From contig OX597820.1 in assembly GCA_951406725.2 (NCBI GenBank), positions 20,460,001 through 20,524,000 on the forward strand: DNA of 64,000 nt, written 5' to 3'. Under the pieces are notes generated by a model that was not told the origin of the DNA, searched no databases, and saw nothing but the letters and a program-made list of their open reading frames with translations. Shown here one piece after another: positions 53,331 through 64,000 of the stretch. This DNA comes from Octopus vulgaris (taxonomy: Eukaryota). Numbering within the stretch: the first letter of the stretch is position 1; each line of letters starts with the position of its first letter. The position numbers and the translations under genes are program-made.

Positions 53331-54315
53331 TATGTTGTTGTAGATGGTGATGATGATGATTATCTTCAAACACGAGCGTCCTCATTATCTTCCTTATTGT
53401 TCCCCCTTACATTCACCATCATTAAAAATCATCCTCCTTCCCATCGTCCTCACCTTCAAAATCATCGTCGCCGTCGCCCTCGTCATTATATTCATTAAAT
53501 AATCCAGTTATATTCATCCCTTGCAAACAAGGTAGCTTTGAATACACAGAACAAGAATCCCTGGATCAAAACCGATCTCTCCCAATAGACATGCTATAGA
53601 TCGGCATAGAGCAGTAGGGCTCAAACAGCCCTAATGACACCTACATATCGTTTACAGAAGTGGATTGATAAAGGATGGAAGTATCATTGAGCAATTGTTC
53701 TCAAAATTGTATGGTATGTTTTAACATGATTACGATTCATTCGGCGAAATATCTTTCAAAAATGCTATCTTATTGATGAAACACGTTGTGCTCCCTTGTG
53801 GTCCATTAATGTAAGAGAGTTGATAATTTCTACATAATATTTCGCAGAATTAGAAGTTTGTAATCTAATATCGAGGAACAGAAAAGGAGACACACAAAAT
53901 ATACATATTTATTTATTTATTGATTACGTATTATGAAGATCAAAAAAATTTCTAGTCTTAGGCAATCGCGTATAGCACCATTTCATCCTTATTAGAAATT
54001 ATCAGTATGACATAATCCGAGGTAAATAAATTTGATCAAATTAAACATTTTACAAAGCGAGACAATACTTGCAGATGGAAAATAATTATATTACATATCA
54101 CATCACTTTAGTGTGCCTTCTTTTAGTTTAGACTCTAATAGAATAAAATATTAAGGTGTTATACGTGCTATTACTGGTAGTGTATTGTATTTAAGTAGGT
54201 GTTTTCAACATTTATCTTGATGCCTCTCATTTCTGTCAAATAAACAGGAAGACCACAAAGTTATATCACAAAACACAATGAATTAAGTGCAGCTCTGAGA
54301 CACACACACACACAC

Positions 54316-54346
<31 letters not shown>

Positions 54347-54351
54347 ATGTG

Positions 54352-54408
<57 letters not shown>

Positions 54409-54463
54409 TGTAATATATATATATGTGTAATGTAATATATATATAATGGATATATATATATAT

Positions 54464-54501
<38 letters not shown>

Positions 54502-54916
54502 AATATATAATATGTATATGTAGAATATGGGTATATATATATAACGTATCTATACACACTCATACATACACATATATACGTATATATGTATATATGTATA
54601 TGTATTTAGTAACCGTGATGTGTAATTTATAACGAAATATGGAAACACATATAAAATGCCATATTACTCCTTAGAAATGACTTGACTAAATTAGATCTCA
54701 CAGTTCCGAGAATTGGGGAAGAATCATCCTTCACAAAATTCAGTTAACTCTGATTTCCTTCTCCGAAACAAATACGTTAAACATTCGAATTTATATTTGT
54801 CACCTCCGCGTTGATCAAAATTACGTGACGGGGAACTACTTGCTCCCTCGTTTCAGTTATCATTCGCTCTTTCATTGATATTCTACATAACTTACAGAAA
54901 GATATTCAAATCTAAC

Positions 54917-55115
54917 ACTCTTTTACTCTTTTGCTGGTTTCAGTCATTTGACTACGGCCATGCTGGAGCACCGCTTTTAGTCGAGCAAATAGACCCCAGG
55001 ACTTATTCTTTGTAAGCCTAGTACTTATTCTATCGGTCTCTTTTGCCGAACCGCGAAGTTATAGCGACGTAAACACATCAACATCGGTTGGGTGGGGACA
55101 AACACAGACACACAA

Positions 55116-55163
<48 letters not shown>

Positions 55164-55568
55164 GACGGGCTTCTTTCAGCTTCCTATTTCTTTATTGCCC
55201 ACAAGGTGCTACGCACAGAGGGTACAGACGAGGACAGACAAATGGATTAAGTCGATTATATCGACCCCAGTGCGTAACTGGTACTTGTTTAATCGACCCC
55301 GAAAGGATGAAAGGCAAAGTCGACCTCCGCGGAATTTGAACTCAGAAAGTATCGGCAGAAGAAATACCGCTAAGCATTTCGCCCGGCGTGCTAAAGTTTC
55401 TGCCACCTAACCGCCTTTCAGTTTCCGTCTACCAAATTCACTGACAAGGTTTTGGTCAGCCCGAGGCTAAAGTAGAAGACACTTGCCCAAGGTGCCGCGC
55501 AGTGGGACTGAACCCAGAATCATGTGGTTGGTAAGCAAGCTACTTACCACACAGCCACTCCTGCGCCT
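54917..55568 (-). mobile_element. SINE family 1 containing a nested family 2 SINE (55185-55415)
   Basis: TSD TTTCAG(C/T)TTCC around the insert. Confidence 0.88.
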
Positions 55569-55607
55569 ATATATAAATCTTATATAAATTTATATTTCTG
55601 TTAACTA

Positions 55608-56400
55608 TAGGCGCAAGTGTGGCTGTGTAGTAAGTTGCTTGCTTGCCAACCACATGGTTCCAGGTTCAGTCCCACTGCATCACACCTTGGGCAGGTGTCT
55701 TCTACTTTAACCTCGGGCCGATCAAAGCCGTATGAGTGGATTTAGTGGAGTGGAAGCACTCCGTCGGTTACGACAACGAGGGTTCCGGTTGATCTGATCA
55801 ACGGAACAGCCTGCTCGTGAAATTAACGTGTAAGTGCCTGAGCACTCCACAGACACGTGTACCCTTAACGTAGTTCTCGGGGATATTCAGCGTGACACAG
55901 AGAGTGACAAGGCCGGCCCTTTGAAATACAGGTACAACAGAAACAGGAAGTAAGAGTGAGAGAAAGTTGTGGTGAAAGAGTACAGCAGGGATCACCACCA
56001 TCCCTGCCGGAGCCTCGTGGAGCTTTAGGTGTTTTCGCTCAATAAACACTCACAACGCCCGGTCTGGGAATCGAAAACGCGATCCTACGACCGCGAGTCC
56101 GCTGCCCTAACCACTGGGCCATTGCGCCTCCACGAGTGGATTTAGTAGACGGAAACTGAAAGAAGTCTCTCGTATATGTGTGTGTGTTTATGTGTCTGTG
56201 TTTGTCCCTCCCCCCTAACATCGCTTGACAACCGATGCTGGTGTGTTTACGTCCTCGTAACTTTGCGGTTCGGCAAAAGAGACCAATAGAATAAGTACTA
56301 GGCGTACAAAGAATAAGTCCTGGGATTGATTCGTTCGACTAAAGGCGGTGCTCCAGCATGGTCGCATCAAATGACTGAAGCAAGTAAAAGAATGAAAGAA
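55608..56400 (+). mobile_element. SINE family 1 containing a nested family 3 SINE (55753-56132, minus)
   Basis: TSD GAGTGGATTTAGT around the insert. Confidence 0.88.
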
Positions 56401-56597
56401 TATGTAAAAGGTTCTTATTCATATGAAGAGAGAAAACAAGAGGGCATAACTTTTATAAAAGAGCATAACTATCACTCGTATGTAAATTACATCGGCGCAT
56501 GTATGGCTATGTGGTTTAGATGTTCGAATCGCAACCATGTTTGATAGCAACTTATACACGTCAAAAATTCTCTAACAAATCAATGTAGAACTCTATT

Positions 56598-57262
56598 GTA
56601 CTTACTTGTACTTTTGACGGCGTTCACCCAGTGCGGGTTGCGCCGGCTTCTTCTCTGGTCCTAACGACATCACGAACCATGGCGGCCCACGCTCAACGGT
56701 CCCGTGCGAGGTCACTGGAGATAGCGAGCCATTCGCGGTTCCATCTGCGCAGACCGACCACCTGCGGACCTGCGAGTTCGGAGAGGTCCTCCTTTATCGT
56801 TGTTGCCCAGGTCTTCAGCTGCCCGTCCGTGCGTTTGCGCCAGCTGGGGAGTGGAGTTAGGAGGTGGACATCGCGAATCAGCTCACCCTCTGGACACCGG
56901 GCCGCATGACCGAACCACCTTAAGCACCGTTGTAAAAGCACCGAAGGGAGAAGCCGGAGATTCAGGCGATGACGAAGACCGGCTGTAGGAACCCGATCAA
57001 TGTGTCGGCAGCGAAGAATGCAGCGGAGACAGTCATTGTCGAACACCTCCAGCCTTCGCTGATCGACTACCCTCATAGGCCATGTTTCGCAACCATAGAG
57101 GAGGATAGTACGAACGACGGCCTGGTAGATTCGCCCTTTGGTCACCGAGGAGATCTCTCTTCTGTTCCACAGGCACCACTGGAAGCGCACGAATGCGGAC
57201 CTGGCAACACCCATGCGACGCTCGACCTCGGTTGCGCCCTGGCCCGTTGGAACCACCGTCGT
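56598..57262 (-). mobile_element. RTE-clade LINE 3' fragment
   Basis: ORF 56693-57256: EVERR..ARSAF..LW.RREIS..TK.RIYQAVVR.ILLYGCETW..LRWFGH; (CAAGTA)n tail. Confidence 0.9.
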
Positions 57263-57504
57263 ACTTTATTAAATTAAGTTCTGTTACATTTCAGTTTAAT
57301 CGCAGTTTATAATTTTAGTTTCAGTTTATTTCAGTTTTCAGTTAATTTTAGTTTATTTCAGTTTATATTTCAGTTTTGGTGTTAAAACTTCGTCGGATAA
57401 AGAAGGGCGATAAAATATGGCATGATCTCTGATATTCATTGGAAAAAAAAGAAGGAAAAATCTTGATAACTTTTGACTAGAAATCTGATCCGTATACTTG
57501 TAAT

Positions 57505-57733
57505 ACTCTCTTTTACTCTTTACTCTTTTACTTGTTTCAGTCATTTGACTGTGGCCATGCTGGAGCATCACCTTTAGTCGAGAAAATCAACCCCCAGACC
57601 CTATTCCTTGTAAGTACTTGTAAGTACTTATTCTATCGGTCTTTTTTGCCGAACGGCTAAGTTACAGGGACGTAACACACCAGTATCGATTGTCAAGCGA
57701 TGTGGGAGGGGGGGAAACACAGACACACAAACG

Positions 57734-57769
<36 letters not shown>

Positions 57770-57939
57770 TATATACGACGGGCTTCTTTCAGTTTCTGTC
57801 TACCAAATCCACTCACAAGGCCTTAGTCGGCCCGAGACAATTGTAGAAGACACTTGCACAAGGAGCCACGTAGTGGGACTGAACCCAGAATCAAGTGGTT
57901 GGTAAGCAAGCTACTTAGCGCAGAGCCACTCCTGCGCCT
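57505..57939 (-). mobile_element. SINE family 1
   Basis: Family match. Confidence 0.88.
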
Positions 57940-58291
57940 ACATAGTGAAGATATCGCACAAATAACCGTTCCGCAGTTGTCTGGCAAAAAATCTGAAGTC
58001 TAACTCCCATACATAGTATTTTTTTCCTTTTTGGAAACTAGTGTCAAAGCAAACAAAACGATATCCATAAAATTATACAGACTTATATAAAGATGTGTAC
58101 TTAGAGGCCGACCGATAGATTTATATAATATTTTACGGAGATTTCAATGTAACTGTTTGTAATCTCTATGTCTGCTCATATTTAAGTAAAATTTCAATTA
58201 ACATATTATATATATTTATACATAATGACGTTTATAAATTTATTCATGGAAGCGTTCACACGTACAGATTCATATATATTATATATATATA

Positions 58292-58439
58292 TCTTTTACT
58301 TGTTTCAGTGATTAGACCGCGGCCATGGTGGGGCACCGCCTAACCTTTTTCAGCATGGTACTTATTCTATCGGTGTCTTTTGCTGAAGCGCTAGGCACAC
58401 CAACACTGGTTCTAAGGAGGTGGTGGTGGACTAACACAT

Positions 58440-58473
<34 letters not shown>

Positions 58474-58631
58474 CGGGGTTCTCTCAGTTTCAGTCTACCA
58501 AACCCACTCACAAGGCTTTTGTCGGCCCGAGGCTATAGTAGAAGACACTTATCCAATGGGCCACACGGGAACTGAACTGGAATCATGTGGTTCGTAAGCA
58601 AGCTTCTTACCACACAACACTGCTGTGCCTA
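58292..58631 (-). mobile_element. SINE family 1, diverged
   Basis: Family match. Confidence 0.8.
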
Positions 58632-58817
58632 TGCGAATAATTTATCAATGAAATACAATAGTAAGAAAAGTATGTATGTGTATATATCAGTATAGAGAAG
58701 GACAAACGCTCACAGATATATATATTTATATGCATATATCTATATCCATATTTATCTCTCTCTATATATATGCACATATATACGTATCTATCTAGCTTAT
58801 GTATTTATGTATGTATG

Positions 58818-58872
<55 letters not shown>

Positions 58873-58947
58873 GTGATCTCTTGAGCACCACCAGCAAAAA
58901 AAATTTTTTCCTCTGTCTTCCCTTCTCGGGATCTTTCCTTCTCCTTT

Positions 58948-58982
58948 GTTTCCGACGAAGAGCTCCGCTCGAAACGTTAATC
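58948..58982 (+). ncRNA. Minimal hammerhead motif (U4C variant) in family B element 58880-59080
   Basis: GTTT-CCGACGA-A-GAGC-TCC-GCTC-GAAAC-GTT|AATC. Confidence 0.6.
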
Positions 58983-59076
58983 CCTCCTTCCCTTCTTTCC
59001 TGAGCGTCAAATAATACTTAAATTGTTCCACGTCCTCGCGTTGCTGTGTTTTTTTTCTGTGTTTTCTTGTTTGGAT

Positions 59077-59168
<92 letters not shown>

Positions 59169-59629
59169 AATATATCTGTATGCATATATTCTAGTTTATA
59201 CACCACAACCCGCTCGCAGACACATAGTAATAATAACAAGGTAAAAATGCATTTCTGAATGCATATATTCATGCATGTATACAAATATGTTGTATTCATA
59301 TATGAATATATTACATTCATATATGCGTATCAGATAATCTCCATACATTTTACATCAATAAGTCTTGTGGTATGATCATCTGATATCTTTGTACGAAAGA
59401 ATCTTTTATTTAACAAATTGAACTGCGTTTCGATAATGCCTTTTAGATAGATCTATTAATCTAACAATTTTGGCTAGCTTCCCTGTGATGCAGAGCTATT
59501 TTGGGTACCAAGTTTCTCTGAGACGATGGTAATATATATCTAGTTATATTTTGCGCCTGGGATTATTTGGTATTTCATCCAATTGTTAATATAATATATG
59601 ATGTAATATAATATGATTTAATATAGTAT

Positions 59630-60965
59630 CTATGTATCTATGTATTTATGTATTTATGTATGCCTATGTATGTATGTATGAATGTATGTATGTATGTATG
59701 TTTGTATGTATGTATGTATGTATGTATGTATGTATGTATGTATGTATGTATGTGTGTATGTGTGTATGTATGTATGTATGTATGTATTTATGTATTTATG
59801 TATGCCTATGTATGTATGTATGAATGTATGTATGTATGTATGTGTGTATGTGTGTATGTATGTATAACATTATTTAGTTTATTTCAAGATTCCTTGCAAA
59901 TAGAGAAAGAAACGGTTTCTAACCAAGGCTCCTTCATTGGAATTTCAAGATCAAGAACCGAGTAGTTTTGTTTGTTTGATTGTTTTTTATGTATGTATGT
60001 ATGTATGTATGTGCAGATTTGGATGTATATGTGTATATGTATGTGTCCGTGAATGTGCATGTATGTATGTATGTATGTATGTATGCATGCATGTATGTAT
60101 GTATGTATGTATGTATGTATGTATGTATGTATTTATGTATGTATGTATGTATGTATGTATGCATGCATGTATGTATGTATGTATGTATGTATGTATGTAT
60201 GTATGTATGTATGTATGTATGTATGTATGTATTTATGTATGTATGTATGTATGTATGTATGTATGTATGTATGTATGTATGTATTTATGTATGTATGTAT
60301 GTATGTATGCATGCATGTATGTATGTATGTATGTATTTATGTATGTATGTATGTATGTATGTATGTATGTATGTATGTATTTATGTATGTATGTATGTAT
60401 GTATGTATGTATGTATGTATTTATGTATGTATTTATGTATGTATGTATGTATGTATTTATGTATGTATTTATGTATGTATGTATGTATGTATGTATGTAT
60501 GTATGTATGTATTTATGTATGTATTTATGTATGTATGTATGTATGTATGTATGTATGTATGTATTTATGTATGTATTTATGTATGTATGTATGTATGTAT
60601 GTATGTATGTATGTATGTATGTATTTATGTATGTATTTATGTATGTATGTATGTATTTATGTATGTATGTATGTATGTATGTATGTATGTATGTATGTAT
60701 GTATGCATGTATGTATGTATGTATGTATGTATGTATGTATGTATTTATGTATGTATGTATGTATGTATGTATGTATTTATGTATTTATGTATGTATGTAT
60801 GTATGTATGTATGTATGCATGCATGTATGTATGTATGTATGTATGTATGTATGTATGTATGTATGTATGTATGTATGTATGTATTTATGTATGTATGTAT
60901 GTATGTATGTATGTATGTATGCATGCATGTATGTTTGTATATATGTTTGTATATATGTGTGTATG
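59630..60965. repeat. ~1.3-kb (TATG)n array with TATTTATG and CATG variants
   Basis: Direct reading; interrupted at ~59865-59985. Confidence 0.95.
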
Positions 60966-61058
60966 CATGCAAGGATTTTTCTTTCCGTAAATTTCTTCTT
61001 AAACTTTATCTTCGACATTATTCAGTTTCTATAAACGAAATTTCGACAAAACAATGAT

Positions 61059-61428
61059 AGCACTCCGTCGGTTACGACGACGAGTGTTCCAGTTGATCCG
61101 ATCAATGGAACAGCCTGCTCGTGAAGTTAATGTGCAAGTGGCCGAGCACTCCACAGACACGTGTACTCTTAACGTAGTTCTCGGGTAGATTCAGCGTGAC
61201 ACAGAGTGTGACAAGGCTAGCCCCTTTGAAATACAGGTACAACAGAAACAGGAAGAGAAAGTTGTGGTGAAAGAATACAGTAGGGTTCACCACCACCCCC
61301 TGCCGGAGCCTCGTGGAGCTTTAGGCGTTTTCGCTCAATAACCACTCACAACGCCCAATCTGGGAATCGAAACCGCGATCCTAAGACCGTGAGTCCGCTG
61401 CCTTAACCACTGGGCCATTGCGCCTCCA
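61059..61428 (-). mobile_element. SINE family 3
   Basis: Family match; TSD AAAACAAT. Confidence 0.9.
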
Positions 61429-61728
61429 CAAAACAATAAAGCAATAGCAAAAACACCAACTATAATAATGATGATGATGATGATGATGATGATCCTTTCG
61501 ACTATAGGCACAAGGCCTGAAATTTTGGGGAAGGGGACTAGTCAGTTACATCGACCCCAATGTTTCACTTGTACTTAATTTATCGAATCCGAAAGGATGA
61601 AAGGCAAAGTCGACTCCGGGCCTATTTGAACTCAGAACGTAAAGTCGGAAGAAATGCCACGAAGCATTTTTACGGCGCAGTAACGATTCTGCTACCTCAC
61701 CATCTTAATAATAATAATAATAATAATA

Positions 61729-62282
61729 GCCCTGATGCAGTACCAGGCAGTGGCTCTCATGGCTTCTGATCTTAACTGATTGGAAGTGTTATCATGTACA
61801 TTGTTTTGTCTTGGTATAAAAGATGGGCTACAGCAAATATTCTGCTCAATACCACAGATTTGCTAGTCAGTTGTTTGACCTTAACCAGTTGAGCATGTCC
61901 CTTATTGGCTGACGATATGTGCATCTCTGATCACGAGCAGAAGTAGTGGGGGAGCATCATAGCCATGTGTTGAGAGGGATTCTTTGGGGTTTGAATAGTT
62001 CACCTCTGGAAACATGGGTGGTTCTTTCAACATCCTTAAACAACCCTTATTCAGGGACCGTTTGAGCGGGATGGGTTACTCAACCTGAAGAAAATTCTAA
62101 CTGGGCCCCACCTGCAAGGTAATGTGCTGTTTATCTTGATATGAGATCACCATGTCGCGCACATATGGTTGTGATGCATGTGCCTGGTGTACCTTTATCA
62201 GACGGGTAGTCATGATGGGTATATTGGGCTTCGTATATTTTACTCCAGTGTCACTTTGATGGCATGAACTGCTCTCTCACTC
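61729..62282 (+). mobile_element. ~554-bp non-coding element inserted in (AAT)n
   Basis: Homologous to 30539-31085; (AAT)n both sides. Confidence 0.8.
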
Positions 62283-62331
<49 letters not shown>

Positions 62332-62365
62332 CTGATGGTGACGATGTAATAAATATATACAATAT

Positions 62366-62600
62366 AGGCGCAAGAGTGACTGTGTGGTAAGTAGCTTGCT
62401 TGCTAACCACATGGTTCCGGGTTCAGTCCTACTGCGTGACACCTTGGGCAAGTGCCTTCTACTATAACCTCGAGCCAACCAAAGCCTTGTGGGTGGATTT
62501 GGTAGACCGAAACTGAAAAAAGCCCGTCGTATATATATATACATATATTTGTCTAAAGGCGGTGCTCCAATGTGTCCACTGTCAAATGACCGAAAAAAAA
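62366..62600 (+). mobile_element. SINE family 1, deleted; another 5' module at 63505-63670 (+)
   Basis: Family match. Confidence 0.8.
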
Positions 62601-64000
62601 AAAAAATGCATTGACCCTATTTCTCTTTGTCACTTAAGCTAAAAGGAACCGCATATGGCAGCAACGGCGGTCACCAGTCAAATTTTACACGTGTGTGTGT
62701 TAAACAATTGTCGAAATCTGAATGCAACATTGCGAAAGGAAATATTGGAAACTAATCCGAAATCATCCCGATGTGATAAACAGCATAGGACAATCGGCCA
62801 AATGACCGACACCCAGGCTTGTATGTAGTTTGTAGTGAAAACGGTAATCATGTCTACACGAATACCTAACAAACAAGGCGAATATATACTGGAAAAAAAT
62901 GATAAATGGGAGAAATATAAGACCCTTGAAAGACGCCCAGAATGAAATCTTAAACACGTAAGAGGCTTTCTATTAATCAAACTCTCTTCCACTGTTAAAA
63001 GTAAAAGAAATAGAAAATATCGATCGTACTCTGTATAATGTTAATGGTAATCTCATTTATAAATGGATCATGGGCTTTTAATGCCCTCCTTCTTTCACAT
63101 CTTTTGTCGACCATTAAAAAAAAAGAAAAGGAAAAGAAAAGTCGATCGTTTATATAGTTACTAAGTGTTTTAAATGACCATGTAGTTTTATCTCAGTTTG
63201 CGGTGCATTGTTAAGCACCGATTCAGAACGAAATAAATTTAAATTTACCTGCATTTACTTGCATCTACTAGGGCAACGATAACATTTAAAAAACCTCAGA
63301 AAAAACGGAATGGATTATATAGAAATATATACTCGCATAATAATAAAATATGCATATAAAAAAAAAACCCTCTCTCAGTGATTCCTCACTTTTATTTCTT
63401 AACAAACTATATTTCTCTCTGTCTCTTAAGCTAAAAACAACTGCAGATGGAAGGAACGGCGGTTACCAAATATATGTGTGCGAATGCAAATTACATATAT
63501 ATATAGGCGTAGGAGTGGCTGCGTGTTAAGTAGCTTGCTTACGAACCACAGGGTTCCGGGTTCAGTCCCACTGCGTGGCACCTTGAATAAGTGTCTTTTA
63601 CTATAGCCTCGGGCCGACCAAAGCCTTGTGAGTGGATTTGGTAGACGGAAACTGAAAGAAGCCCGTCGTATTTGAATACCTCGAACAGACACAAACAGTG
63701 AAAGCATTCTCCGATGGAGTGGTGCTTTTGATTTTTGGGACGATGATCTCGTCTTCTTCAAAACTACCCAGGAATATCAAATTGTTACACAGAAATACAC
63801 AAATGTTACAAACAACCAACTAACCAACCAACCAACCAACCAACCAACCAACCAACCAACCAACCAACCAACCAACTAAATAGATAAATCCTTCAAGATC
63901 CTTATAAATCATAAGCTCCAAGATAGTTGATAATCTGCAAAGTAATCTTGTATCCACAACACAACCAAAACCGCACCCAAAATATGTAATATATTGAGTT

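Noticed and set aside
56060-56132. tRNA-Arg(TCG)-like sequence (also 7685-7757, 61355-61428)
   Set aside because: SINE head continuing into the SINE body with TSDs; acceptor stem not formed
59937-61057. Long ORFs (334-365 aa) and the many [12 protein letters not shown]/poly-I/poly-L ORFs across the window
   Set aside because: Stop-free translations of microsatellites, open in several frames at once
61729-61800. HDV-like ribozyme at the 5' end of the (AAT)n element
   Set aside because: Could not build the nested double pseudoknot by eye
63680-63765. Possible minus-strand exon FEEDEIIVPKIKSTTPSENAF
   Set aside because: Weak splice signals, no recognisable domain, no partner exons

Overview
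Eukaryotic, AT-rich, repeat-saturated non-genic (intronic/intergenic) DNA; the SINE/LINE families look like those of a coleoid cephalopod, most likely Octopus (inference from recognition, no search run). No host protein-coding exon could be supported: nearly all ORFs in the track are microsatellite or SINE read-throughs. Contents: about 45 tRNA-derived SINE copies or fragments (4-5 families), LINE relics (Tx1/L1, CR1 x3, R4/Dong, RTE x2, Penelope-like), a Gypsy/K02A2.6 gag relic, DNA transposon relics (mariner x3, DD41D, hAT-Buster, MULE-like x2, piggyBac MITE, three Helitrons) and abundant (TA)n, (CATA)n, (CA)n, (CTAT)n and (AAT)n tracts. The most notable unannotated signal is a dense set of type I hammerhead-ribozyme motifs (about 6 intact-looking, about 7 decayed) with palindromic stem III. 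Most sit in short (TA)n-anchored fold-back elements that look Penelope-derived; one sits in apparently unique DNA. Also notable is an 887-bp inverted duplication whose flanks suggest a ~22.5-kb staggered-break inversion or a misassembly. Coordinates were read by eye and may be off by a few bases.
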